Assembly (NCBI GenBank): GCA_965200315.1
Contig: OZ241362.1
Span: forward strand, 320,001 to 384,000
Direction: 5' to 3'
DNA: 64,000 bases
Source: Candidatus Latescibacterota bacterium
GTDB lineage: Bacteria > Latescibacterota > UBA2968 > UBA8231
Shown here: piece after piece, positions 46,797-57,500 of the stretch
How the letters are laid out: each line of letters begins with the position of its first letter
Position numbering within the stretch: position 1 is the first letter of the stretch
Notes under the pieces: generated by a model
Database searches by the model: none
Told to the model about the DNA's origin: nothing
Seen by the model: only the letters and a program-made list of their open reading frames with translations
Position numbers and translations under genes: made by a program

Positions 46797-47912
46797 CTAC
46801 AGGCGGTCGCGATATTGTGCTAAGCGGCCGGCGAACATGGAGTCGAGCGCGGCGGCCGAATGCGCCAGCCCGGCGCCAATGCCGCGCTGGGCTACGTGGA
46901 CGAGGAGGCGCATCAGCCCGTTGGCATCGTCGAGATGGATGTACTCCGGGGCCAATTGCGTGCCCGGCCCCGAGTTGTGATAGTTGCCGAGAGGCAGGGC
47001 CACCGCACCCGTGCGATAACCGGCCTGCATTAGCGGGGTAGCTTCGCAAGCACCACTGTCCATCAGCTTGCGTTGATAGCGGAAAGAGGGCTGTTGGGAG
47101 GCCAACTCGTCGGCTAGGGCAGCCAGCCCGCCGCTGATGTCCGGGTCGAACACCCAGAGTCGGTCGCCCACCCGCAAGATCGGCCCCGCGCCCAGCACCG
47201 CCCCAGCCGCCAAGCTAGAGCACTCAATGTTGATGTAGAGGGCGCGGCGCGGCAAGAATTTGGCCTCTAGCGCGGCGAGCATACCGACAAAACCCACTTC
47301 TTCAGCGCGCGTGAGCAAGACGCCGAGGCGGACCGCAGCTTGGAGACGGACCAAAGAATCCAACACGCACAAAGCCACGGCCGCGCCGGCCAAATCGTCG
47401 ATCGCCCGTCCGCTCAAGCGCCGGCCCCGCACCTTAAAGGCCGGCAAATCCCACATCGCAAAGGTCCCCGGCCCTTGGGGGCTGTCGCGTGCTGCGGCCA
47501 CTTCAACTAGGGGATAGCGCGTTTCTTCTGCCTCCACCGTCCGCACGATGGTGCCCGGGATTCCGCGCTGGGTAGCCGGGCGATTCAGGTCGAATATGCG
47601 CACACCTGTCGCCAGCGCTTGCTCTAGGGCGACACCGCCGAGAACCTCGAACAGTGCTCGGCTTGGCCCCTGCGAGCTTCTCCACACTAAGCCGGGGTGG
47701 TCGAGATGAGCGGTTAAGACGATAAATTCGTCGTCTTCCTGCTGGCCGCCGTCGTATAGCAGCAAGCTATTGCCACAGCGGTCGTGGAGCACTTGAATTA
47801 GAGGCCGAGCGGCTGCGAATGAGTGCGCGATGCCGAGAGCAAAATGCTCGTGGAAAGGGGCTGTGGGGGTGCGGATGAGAGGACGGGCGAGTTGGAGAAA
47901 GTCGAATTCCAT
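46797..47912 (-). CDS. M20/M28/M42-clan metallopeptidase
   Basis: TAPFHE, AHLDHPG, RAIDDLAG, RAEEVGFVG, NIECS, GACEA, LGNYHN; metal ligands intact. Confidence 0.85.
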   Translation of the reverse strand: MEFDFLQLARPLIRTPTAPFHEHFALGIAHSFAAARPLIQVLHDRCGNSLLLYDGGQQEDDEFIVLTAHLDHPGLVWRSSQGPSRALFEVLGGVALEQALATGVRIFDLNRPATQRGIPGTIVRTVEAEETRYPLVEVAAARDSPQGPGTFAMWDLPAFKVRGRRLSGRAIDDLAGAAVALCVLDSLVRLQAAVRLGVLLTRAEEVGFVGMLAALEAKFLPRRALYINIECSSLAAGAVLGAGPILRVGDRLWVFDPDISGGLAALADELASQQPSFRYQRKLMDSGACEATPLMQAGYRTGAVALPLGNYHNSGPGTQLAPEYIHLDDANGLMRLLVHVAQRGIGAGLAHSAAALDSMFAGRLAQYRDRL

Positions 47913-47957
47913 AACACGGAGGAAAAACCCCCAAAAGACCAGCGCCGTCAACTCCCG

Positions 47958-47986
47958 TTGTCCCAATCAGTTAAGCTACTTATTAT
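47958..47986 (+). promoter_or_regulatory. Putative sigma70 promoter of the large membrane operon
   Basis: TTGTCC-17 bp-TATTAT, followed by an AGGGGG RBS and a TTG start at 48013. Confidence 0.55.
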
Positions 47987-48012
47987 AACACGCCTACCGC
48001 AGGGGGCTCCAC

Positions 48013-50169
48013 TTGCTAAGACGCTTGCCGATTCACTATCTGCACCACCTTGCCGGGCGCGACCAAGCCCTGCTTGCGCCGCTTGGTACCCAGCAGCTAA
48101 CCAGGCGTGCGTTTTGGGTGGGGTCGTTCCTCAGCTTTTTCCTCGCCGTCGGCGCTCCGTACGGCAACATGATCATACGCGGCTCCTACATGGCCTTGGA
48201 CTTCAGTACACCAGGGGCCATTTTTTTATTTCTAGTGCTCATCGGGCTGCTCAATGTGCTGTTCAAAATTGCCTCTAGCCCATCGGGAGCAGCAGTGTGG
48301 GCCTTGGTTTCGAGTGCGCTCTATGGTTTCTATTATGGCTGGGTGGCTCCCCTCGATCCTTTTGCCCCGGGTTTTTTCTTTAGCACTTTCATTCTCGTTT
48401 CGTCCCTGCTCAATATGGTATTGGTCTCTTTCGGGCAAAGTCTGGTCCTCAACCGAGCCGAGTTGATTCTCGTGTACGTCATGCTGTTGATCGTCTCGGC
48501 TCTCTGCACCATGGGCCTGAGCGAACAAATTCTGCCGATGCTCACGGCGATTTTCTACTTTGCCTCGCCGGAAAACAAGTGGCAGGAAATGCTCTTTCCC
48601 CATTTTTCCGCGCGAGAAGTCCTAGTCAACGACGGGAGTGACAACAAGACCTTTTACGAGGGATTGGCATCCGGCGAGGCGATTCCCTACGCAGCGTGGG
48701 TAGAGCCTTTGTGCTGGTGGGCGGTTTTTCTCTTGGCGCTATACGTGACCATGGTATCGGTCGCGGTTATCATCCGTCGGCAGTGGATGGAGCGCGAGCG
48801 ATTGCCCTATCCGATCACGCAGGTGGGGCTGGCGATGGTGCGCGGCGAGGAGCACGGGCTAAAGATCAATACCTTTTTTCGCCAGCCGGCCATGTGGGCC
48901 GGTTTTATGTTACCGATTTTTTTTGGCAGCTTGAGGGCCCTGCACCGCTACGAACCGGCTTTTCCGGTCTTCTCTCTGAGTTCGTCGATGCTCTTAGTGG
49001 GCAAGCAGACCTTGCAACTGAGCGTCAGCTTTGCCATGCTCGGTTTTTCGTACTTCATCAATGCCAATATCGCTGCTGGTATCTGGTTCTTTCACCTCTT
49101 GTCCAAGTTTGAAAAGGAGTTCTTCGCGCTTGCCGGCGTGACATCCGAGCAGAAGGTCACCTTCGGCGTGGCCGATTTCCCCCTGATGGCCTACCAAGGG
49201 GTCGGTGCCTTGCTGGCGATGGTCGGGGTGGGCTTGTGGGTGGGCAGGGAACACTTGGGCAATGTGTGTAAAAAGGCCCTCGGCTTGGCACCAGAGGTGG
49301 AGGATGGGGATGAGATCATGTCCTATCGCTGGTCTTTTTTCGGCGCAGTGGGCGGGGTCTTAGTCATGTCGTGCTGGCTGTGGATCATGGGGACGCCGCA
49401 TTGGGTGGCGTTTGTTTTTGTCGTCTTGGCCCTGTTTATCTTTCTTGGGTTGACGCGGATTGTCGCCGAAGCCGGCTTGGCGGCCGTGCGCGCCCCGATG
49501 ACGGCGCCCGACTTGGTGATCTTGGGGTTGGGAACTGACCTAGTAAGCCGGACTGGGGTGTGGAACTTGTCGTTGGCCTATATGTGGGGCGCGGATGTGC
49601 GGGTGTTCGTCATGGCCACCTGCACCAATGCCCTCAAGCTAATCGAAGAAATGGAACCACGGCTGCGGCGGCTGGTGTTTTGGGCTATTATTCTCGCACT
49701 CTTCATTGGTGCGCTCGGTTCGTTTTGGATGATTTTCCACATGGCCTATCAGCACGGCGGCGTGAACCTCAATGGTTGGTTTTTCAAAGGCGCGCCCGAA
49801 GCCGCGTACAACACCGCGTTACGCAACATGGAACCGGCGGGCGTACACTGGCCGGGAATGGGATTCTTGGCCGGTGGTGGGCTGGTGATGATGGCGATGA
49901 TGTGGGCGCGGCAGCGCCTGCCTTGGTGGCCGGTGCATCCCATCGGCTTTCCCATTGGGGCCAACGGCATGCTCAACGGCGTGTGGTTTAGCGTGTTCTT
50001 GGCTTGGTTTATCAAGAAGATGATCATGCGCTTTGGCGGGGTCGCCTTGTATCGCCGCAGTCAGATGTTTTTTTTGGGGCTGATCTGCGGGCAGGTTTCG
50101 TGTAACGGACTGTGGTTGATCATAGACTACTTCACGGGAAAAGTGGGGAACTCCATTTTTTGGGTATGA
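48013..50169 (+). CDS. DUF6785/DUF6784-type polytopic membrane protein (OPT-like peptide transporter family)
   Basis: LNRAELILVYVML, YFASPENKW, RRQWMERERLPYP, TRIVAEAG, WWPVHPIGF, FFLGLICG; about 16 TM helices. Confidence 0.8.
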   Translation: MLRRLPIHYLHHLAGRDQALLAPLGTQQLTRRAFWVGSFLSFFLAVGAPYGNMIIRGSYMALDFSTPGAIFLFLVLIGLLNVLFKIASSPSGAAVWALVSSALYGFYYGWVAPLDPFAPGFFFSTFILVSSLLNMVLVSFGQSLVLNRAELILVYVMLLIVSALCTMGLSEQILPMLTAIFYFASPENKWQEMLFPHFSAREVLVNDGSDNKTFYEGLASGEAIPYAAWVEPLCWWAVFLLALYVTMVSVAVIIRRQWMERERLPYPITQVGLAMVRGEEHGLKINTFFRQPAMWAGFMLPIFFGSLRALHRYEPAFPVFSLSSSMLLVGKQTLQLSVSFAMLGFSYFINANIAAGIWFFHLLSKFEKEFFALAGVTSEQKVTFGVADFPLMAYQGVGALLAMVGVGLWVGREHLGNVCKKALGLAPEVEDGDEIMSYRWSFFGAVGGVLVMSCWLWIMGTPHWVAFVFVVLALFIFLGLTRIVAEAGLAAVRAPMTAPDLVILGLGTDLVSRTGVWNLSLAYMWGADVRVFVMATCTNALKLIEEMEPRLRRLVFWAIILALFIGALGSFWMIFHMAYQHGGVNLNGWFFKGAPEAAYNTALRNMEPAGVHWPGMGFLAGGGLVMMAMMWARQRLPWWPVHPIGFPIGANGMLNGVWFSVFLAWFIKKMIMRFGGVALYRRSQMFFLGLICGQVSCNGLWLIIDYFTGKVGNSIFWV

Positions 50170-53100
50170 AGCACTCGGCTTACTACATCCTCTGCGTTCT
50201 CGTGCTGATTGCAAACAGCGGTTGGGCACGCGAAGACGGGGTGCGCGAAACCGTCTCTTACCTGTCGTCGCTTGGCTCTAGGATCAGTGGCTATCCTGGG
50301 GCCGCCGCCGCCGCGGATTACGTCGAGCAGCGCCTGCGCGAGATCGGCTTGCCCGAGCTGACTCGCGAATCCTTTGAAGTCACCGTGCCCATCGACCAAG
50401 GAGGTGAGTTATTCCTCACAGAGAGTGGGGAGCGCTACGCACTCTATGGCTTATGGCCCAACTTGGTCCGCACCTCGACCCTGCCCGGATACGAAGGTGA
50501 GATGATCTACGGCGGAGATGGCGAGTGGGAGAATTTCGCGGGCTTTGAGATCGACGGCCGGGTGGTGCTGATGGAGTTCAATAGCTGGAGCCGGTGGTTG
50601 CAGGCCGCCTCGCTGGGGGCGCGCGCCATCGTCTTCATCGAGCCAGAGGAGACCACGCGCAATCAAGCTACAGCTAAGTACTCCACTGCGCCGCTGGACA
50701 TCCCGCGCTTTTGGATTGAAAGAGCCGCCGGATTACAGCTCAAAGAGCGGTTGCTCCAGCACCCGACTTCCGTAGTACTCAAGGGGCGGATGGACTGGCA
50801 GCGCAAAACGGCTTGGAATATCTGGGGCCGGTTCCCTGGCGCCGATCCGACGCTGGCTGACGAGACCATTGTCATCGAAAGCTACTACGACGGCATGTCG
50901 GTGGTTCCCGCCTTGGCTCCGGCGGCCGAAGCGACCAGCGGCATTGCTGCGTTGCTGGCGCTGGCCGAGCATCTAGTGCGTCACCCTCCGCGACGCCCGG
51001 TCGTGCTGGTGGCCACGGGCGCGCATTTCCAAGCTCAGCAGGGGATTGTCCACTTCCTCGAGCGCCACGCTCGCCTCCATCCCTACTATGCCGAGCGGAT
51101 GGAAGAGCCGCTCAAGCCCAAGCTCTTCATCTGCATTGACCTGACGAGTCAGTCCGATGGGCTGGGGATCTGGAACAATACCTTTAGCTACGACCTCAAG
51201 CGGTTCTTCGTGCCTTTTGGACGGCGTTTTACGGCCTATGCCGAGGAGGAGTCCGCTCGGTTGGGTCTGGAGCAGGAGCGGCCGCTGGCCAATGGGATCA
51301 GCCCAATTCGCGGCATGGACTGGTCAACTTTTGTGCCGGGCGGGGTCTCGGTCAGTGGGGAGCAGGCTCTGACTGCTGGGATTATCTCGCTGTCGTTTGT
51401 GACTGTCAACGACGGCCGCTATCTCGTCGATACCCCGTTCGATACGCCCGAGCGAATGAATATCGACAATCTGTCCCGCCAAAGCCGCCTGCTCAACGCC
51501 ATGCTGACGCGGGCCATAAACGACGAGGACCTGTTTGCCGACCTCGAAGACTTTGGCCCGGTGCTCAAGGACAAATTGCGTTCCCTGCGGGTCAAGGTCC
51601 GTTCGTTTCCGCGCCGCAGCCAAGCACCAGACCGCCCTATTGCCGACGCCCTTGTAGTGGTTGATCCTTGGTACAAGTCGCACAAGGGACTTCGCATGGC
51701 GCGGTACCACCTCACAGATGACCAAGGCGTCGCCGATATCCATGGCTTGTGGACCGGGGCCTATCCAGTGGCGGCCTACCAAGTTAATCCGGCGACCGGA
51801 CAGATCGTCTATGCGCCCGATCTATCTAAAAGGGGGCAGCAGTTCAGCGGCGCGGTCGTGAATGGGTGGATGATCGACAGCAAAGTTCGCTGGAATACTA
51901 ACGAAAAGACCATCGTCGTCTTTCCCACCATTTCGCGGCCCTTCTACAGCATGATTGACCCGCGCTATCTCCGGTCGTTCAAGGGGATCAAAATCGTCGA
52001 TGGCAACGGGGTGGAACCTCGGCAGTTCGGGCTAGCGCGGGGGGCGGGCGAGGGCGAAGCCGTCGGTGTGGTGTTTGGAGCGCAGGACGCCGACGAGGAC
52101 GACGGCATCAAGATGCTCATCGACAACCGCATGCTCTTACTCAACAGCGAAGGCTCCGAAAACGAGACGCAGGCGCGGGGACGAGGCTACGCGCTCAGAG
52201 AGGAATCGCTGGTCCGCACCGGGATGCTGGCCGTTGAGGACATGTGGCAGCTCAACGAGGCGCGGCTGCGCACCTTGCGCGAGCACGCCATTGAAAATCA
52301 ACGCTTGGCCCGGTTGCACCAGCGCGGCAAAAGCCTGATCGAAAAAGCGCGACAGGCCGAAGAGGTCAAGGATTGGGAGCGCTATGTCGAGCATGTCCGG
52401 GCCGCGCTGGGGGTGACATCTCGTGCGTATCCAGAAGCACTACAGACGCTCAACGACGTCATCAGCGGCATGGTGTTCTTTCTCGCCTTAGTCATCCCGA
52501 CGGCCTTTTTGGGGGAGCGGTTGCTGTTTGCGGCCGCCGACATCCGCTGGCAGCTAGCGGGGTTTGGGGGGTTGTTGCTTTTGATCTGGATCGCCATCTC
52601 TCAGGTGCATCCAGCCTTTGCCATTGCCCATCCGCTGGTGATCTTGCTGGCCTTTGCCATCATGGCGATGGCGGCGTTTGTCATGGCCATGATTAGCAGC
52701 CGCTTTAACCGCTATATGAAGACCTATCAGGCGCGGGAAGCCCACGTCCACGAGACCGATATCAGCCGCGCCAGTGCCAGCTACGCGGCCTTTATGCTCG
52801 GCATTTCCAATATGCGGCGGCGCAAGCTGCGCACCGGGCTGACCTTGCTGACCTTGGTCTTGCTCACCTTTACGGTGCTCTCCTTCACCTCGTTCAATAC
52901 CCAAATTCGCTACATGGCCTTTGCGATGGACCACGAGGGCCCCTACGAAGGAGTGCTGATCCGCGACCGTAATTGGAACTTGCTAAACCGCCCGACGCTC
53001 GACTACGCCCGCTCCCACTTTGCCGCCGAGGGGGTGGTCGTGCCGCGGAACTGGTATGTTGCCTTTGACGACGAGCAGAAGAAATACATCGAGGTCTTTG

Positions 53101-54569
53101 GCGATACCTCGGTGGTGCGGGCGACCGGAATGCTGGGGCTGGTGCCGGAGGAAGTGCGCGTCACCGGCATCGATAAGGCACTGGTGGGCGGCAGCTTCTT
53201 CGCGCACGAGGACGAAGCAACCTGCCTGATGGCCGAGGGCATGGCCGCGGCGCTGGGCATAGGGCCGGCGGAGCTGGGCACGGCGACGGTGCGGGTATTC
53301 GGCCGGGACTTGGTGGTGCGGGGCGTGTTCGACCCCGACCTTTTTGAGGCGGTCCGCGACCTCGACGACGAGCCCCTGACGCCGGCGGATTTCCAGATGT
53401 CGAGCACCCAAGCACTAGGGCCGGTGGCCCAAGACAAGATGAGCATCGCCGTAGATGAATCCGCGCTCGATATTCGTCCCTTCATCCACCTAGAATCCGA
53501 CAATGTGCTGGTCTTGCCATACGGGACATTGCGGGAGGCGGGGGGCATGTTGCGCTCAGTGGCGGTGCTGCTGGAAGATGGGGAGCGCGGACAGGAGATG
53601 GTCGAGGATTTTCTCCTGCGTCTGGCCATTACGCTCTTTGCCGGCCTGAAGGATCCGGGCGAAGCCGCCATTAAGGTGTTTTCCTATACCTCGATTGGGT
53701 CGCCTGATGTCGAGGGCTTGGGGGCCTTGGTGATACCCATGTTTATCGCGGCGCTGATTGTGCTCAATGCGATGATGGGGGCCGTCTATGAGCGCTTTCG
53801 CGAGATCGGCATTTATTCGTCGGTGGGATTGGCACCGTTACACATTGCCTTGCTGTTTGTGGCCGAGGCCTGTGTCTATGCCATCATTGGCGTTACTTTG
53901 GGCTATATTCTCGGCCAGAGTGTGGGCAAAGCACTCATCGCGCTGGACCTGTTGCAGGGAATAAGCCTCAATTATTCGTCGATGGCGGCGATTGTCTCGT
54001 CCCTGATCGTGATGGCCGTGGTCTTGCTTTCGACTATATATCCGGCTAGGGTAGCAGCCCGCACGGCCGTGCCCGATACGGTCCGGCGCTGGACGCCGCC
54101 GGACCCGGATGGGGACCGCTGGGAAATGGAGTTTCCCTTTATGGTCAGCGAGGGGGAAGTGCGGGGCCTGTGCGGTTTCTTAGCCGGTTACTTCAGTGCC
54201 TATAGCGAGGAGTCCATCGGCGATTTCTACGCCGAGAAGGTCCAGTTGGTCCAAGAAGATGGCGAGCGCGGGCCGGAGTACGCGGTGCAGCTCCTGCTCT
54301 GGCTGGCGCCGTTCGACATGGGGGTGAGCCAGTTCATGCAGCTCGAATTTTTGCCCACCTCGGTCAAATCCGTCTATACGGTGGAGATTTACATTCAGCG
54401 GATCAGCGGTCAGGACACCTTTTGGCAGCGGGTCAACCACCGCTTTATCAATGGGTTGCGGAAAGAGTTCCTGCTCTGGCACACCCTCGCCACAGAGTCC
54501 AAGGCCCACCATCGCGGGGTCGCCGAGCAGATGTTGGCTGAGGCCGCAGAAGTTGAGCGAGTGGAATGA
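50166..54569 (+). CDS. M28-peptidase-like/PA ectodomain fused to FtsX/MacB-type permease domains (1467 aa)
   Basis: Signal peptide; SRISGYPGA..AADYV, PA-domain IDGRVVLMEFN...GARAIVF, M28 core; TM cluster; SNMRRRKLRTGLTL and VYERFREIGIYSSVGLAP (FtsX/MacB signatures). Confidence 0.85.
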   Translation: MKHSAYYILCVLVLIANSGWAREDGVRETVSYLSSLGSRISGYPGAAAAADYVEQRLREIGLPELTRESFEVTVPIDQGGELFLTESGERYALYGLWPNLVRTSTLPGYEGEMIYGGDGEWENFAGFEIDGRVVLMEFNSWSRWLQAASLGARAIVFIEPEETTRNQATAKYSTAPLDIPRFWIERAAGLQLKERLLQHPTSVVLKGRMDWQRKTAWNIWGRFPGADPTLADETIVIESYYDGMSVVPALAPAAEATSGIAALLALAEHLVRHPPRRPVVLVATGAHFQAQQGIVHFLERHARLHPYYAERMEEPLKPKLFICIDLTSQSDGLGIWNNTFSYDLKRFFVPFGRRFTAYAEEESARLGLEQERPLANGISPIRGMDWSTFVPGGVSVSGEQALTAGIISLSFVTVNDGRYLVDTPFDTPERMNIDNLSRQSRLLNAMLTRAINDEDLFADLEDFGPVLKDKLRSLRVKVRSFPRRSQAPDRPIADALVVVDPWYKSHKGLRMARYHLTDDQGVADIHGLWTGAYPVAAYQVNPATGQIVYAPDLSKRGQQFSGAVVNGWMIDSKVRWNTNEKTIVVFPTISRPFYSMIDPRYLRSFKGIKIVDGNGVEPRQFGLARGAGEGEAVGVVFGAQDADEDDGIKMLIDNRMLLLNSEGSENETQARGRGYALREESLVRTGMLAVEDMWQLNEARLRTLREHAIENQRLARLHQRGKSLIEKARQAEEVKDWERYVEHVRAALGVTSRAYPEALQTLNDVISGMVFFLALVIPTAFLGERLLFAAADIRWQLAGFGGLLLLIWIAISQVHPAFAIAHPLVILLAFAIMAMAAFVMAMISSRFNRYMKTYQAREAHVHETDISRASASYAAFMLGISNMRRRKLRTGLTLLTLVLLTFTVLSFTSFNTQIRYMAFAMDHEGPYEGVLIRDRNWNLLNRPTLDYARSHFAAEGVVVPRNWYVAFDDEQKKYIEVFGDTSVVRATGMLGLVPEEVRVTGIDKALVGGSFFAHEDEATCLMAEGMAAALGIGPAELGTATVRVFGRDLVVRGVFDPDLFEAVRDLDDEPLTPADFQMSSTQALGPVAQDKMSIAVDESALDIRPFIHLESDNVLVLPYGTLREAGGMLRSVAVLLEDGERGQEMVEDFLLRLAITLFAGLKDPGEAAIKVFSYTSIGSPDVEGLGALVIPMFIAALIVLNAMMGAVYERFREIGIYSSVGLAPLHIALLFVAEACVYAIIGVTLGYILGQSVGKALIALDLLQGISLNYSSMAAIVSSLIVMAVVLLSTIYPARVAARTAVPDTVRRWTPPDPDGDRWEMEFPFMVSEGEVRGLCGFLAGYFSAYSEESIGDFYAEKVQLVQEDGERGPEYAVQLLLWLAPFDMGVSQFMQLEFLPTSVKSVYTVEIYIQRISGQDTFWQRVNHRFINGLRKEFLLWHTLATESKAHHRGVAEQMLAEAAEVERVE

Positions 54570-57500
54570 TGGAAGCGTTTTTTCAAAGACTGTCTGCGTC
54601 TTTTCAGCAGCTATTTGATCGCAAACAAAAAAAGGAGCGCCAGTGGGCGGAGGTTGAAGAGTACCGCGCCTTACTCGAAGCGCCCGAGCCCAACCGCTTT
54701 GATGAAGGTTTTACGATCCGCACCATTATCGGCGTGTTCTTTATCTCGCTGATTATGACTCCTGGCGAGATGTTCCTCGGGCTGTACACGGGTGGCGGCG
54801 TTGGCGCGGCAGCGCAATGGGTGACGGTGATCCTCTTTTTAGAAGTCGCCAAACGTTCGTTTACCTCGCTCAAGCGCCAAGAGATCTACCTGCTAGTGTA
54901 CGTGGCCTCGGCCTTGGTCTCCCGCGAGGAAGGCGCGTTTCTCGACTTACTCTGGCGTCAGTACTTCGTGACCTCGGCCGAAGCCGAGCAATTCGGTATC
55001 TCGCACCGCTTGCCGTCGTGGTGGGTACCCGGGCCCGATTCGGAGGCCATTGCCGAGCGCACCTTTATTCACCGCGACTGGTTGATTCCGATCCTGCTGT
55101 TGGTGGTCGGGACGATCATGGGCCGCATCGCTTGGTTTACGTCCGGCTACATGCTCTTCCGGCTGACTTCCGACCGCGAGCAATTGCCCTTTCCCACCGC
55201 ACCCATGTCGGCGTTGAGCTCTATGGCGCTGGCCGAGGATTCGGGCGCCGAGCGGGAGACGTGGAAGTGGCCGGTGTTTAGCATTGGCGCGGTCATCGGT
55301 GCGTCATTCGGGGCCATCTATGTAGGGGTGCCGGTGGTCACCCATCTCTGGGGATCCAAAGTGGAGATTCTGCCGATTCCCTTCTGGGACCTGACGCCCT
55401 ATTTCGGCAATATACTCCCTGCCACGCCGCTGGGGGTCGTCGTGCACTTGGGGCCGATATTCGCCGGGATGCTCATGCCCTTCTGGCTGGTGGTTGGCTC
55501 CTTTTCCGGGGTGATGCTGCACACGGCTGTTAGCCCCTTTCTCTATGAATTAGGCTATCTCCCGCGCTGGGAAGTCGGTATGGACACCATCCGCACCGGG
55601 ATCGTCACTAGTATCGACTTTTGGCAAGCCTTTTCTATTGGCATTACCATCGCCGTCACCATCGTAAGCTTCTACCAACTCTTTAGCACCGGCCGTGAGA
55701 AGCGGGCCGAACTGCGCGAGAAACTGCAACTTGAGAAGGCTGATCAGTCCACGGTGTGTCAGCACTCGGACTGCCATCGCCCAGCCGAGGTGAGGGGATA
55801 CTGCTTAAAACACCTAGGCCGCGGCGATTTCAATATGTGGGTCTGCGCTTCGCTGTTTTGCGTAGCGGCGATCTATCCGATCGTCTTGGCCAAGGTCTTG
55901 TTTCCCACTTTGGTCAGCACTGGCCTGTTGGTGCTTTTCGTGCTCATCGCCTTTGTTTATGCGCCGATCATGTCCTTTGTCAGCGCTCGGCTCGACGGTT
56001 TGATTGGCGAGAACGTTTCGATTCCCCATGTCGAAAACGCCATCCGCTTTATGACCGGCTTTCGCGGGGTCGAAATCTGGTTCGTGCCCTTTCCTACCCG
56101 CAACTTCGGCGGGAATGCCGAGAGATTTAGGATCGTCGAGTTAGTTGGGATGAAGTTTACCAGCCTACTCAAGGCCGAGCTCTTTATGTTGCCCATCGTC
56201 TTAGGGGTTAGTCTGATGTACTGGACCTTCCTCTGGCGCTTGGGGCCTATTCCCTCGGAAAGCTACCCATACGCGCAGGTCATGTGGCCGCGGCAGGCCT
56301 TTGAACAAGCACTCATCTACTCCGCCACGATGTACAGCAAAATGTGGCGCGCCGGAGGGGAGTTGGAAGGGGATATTGTGCCCAATGGCCAAGTCGTGTG
56401 GAGCCCGAGCAATTTGGAGGACGGTCGTTGGTGGTACTGGCGGGTGAGTACCACTAGGGATTTAGAGGTGCCCGATCCGGTAAAGCGCGACTATGAACCT
56501 TGGTCGCAGACAGGCTACTTCTACACGGACTTCAGCGGCGGGGACGCACCACCGCCGCCGGAGGCCGCCCTAAGGATCGACGCCGAGGCGGGTACTCCGT
56601 CGGATGGCCCCCAGCTACTTTGGCCACCCAATGGCGCGGCCATTGACACGCCGAACCCCAACTTCCGAGCTGCGATCAATTTGGCTCCGGGCGATTCGGT
56701 TGATTTCTACTTTGAAATAGATCGTCTGCCCAGCTTTGATGGCGAGGCTTTGCAACGATCCTCGGACATGCCCTTGCTCTTTGAGGTTCTGTGGCAGGAC
56801 ATGCGCTTTACCGGCAACCGCAAGGACGACGACGGCGATCTCAATATCGCGGCTCTCGTCGAGAGTGTGGATCCGGAGGGGTTGGGAGGCCAGCTTGGAC
56901 TGGCCGACGGCGACCGCCTCCGTGCGATAAACGGCGTCGAACTTCGCGTCCCGCAATGGGATACTGAGCGGATTGATCGGTATTTTACCCAGGGAGCGGA
57001 CTCGGTATTTGCCGCTTGGGAACGGGATGAGAAAACCATGCGTCGCGCTGTGGTGCGTCGATCTGGGGAAGCTCTGGGGCTTGAGTTTGCGGCGGACACG
57101 TCATTCGTCGAGAGTTGGACCGAATACGACGCGGTGCGCGTCACCACCGTAGCCGAAGCAGGGCTAGGCCACCGCTTGGGCTTGCAAGCCGGCGACCATC
57201 TTATGACGATCAACGGCCAAAGCATTGAGCAGGATACGTGGCGTAGCGAGAAGGTAAGGACCGCCTTTGCTGCGGTTGTGGAGGAGACCGCGACTACGGT
57301 GCTAGTCGAGTGGGAGCGGGATGGAGACCGGCTTCAAGGTTTGGTGGCCGATGCGTCGTCTCTCCCGCTAGGCCTGACCTATCGGGCCGGGGCCATCGAG
57401 GGCATCGACGAAGAGCTGGTCAACAACCGCGACGACGATGGCGACGGCCTGATTGACGAGGATACGGACCATCCCCTCGGCGGTAGAAAGTGGCCCATCA

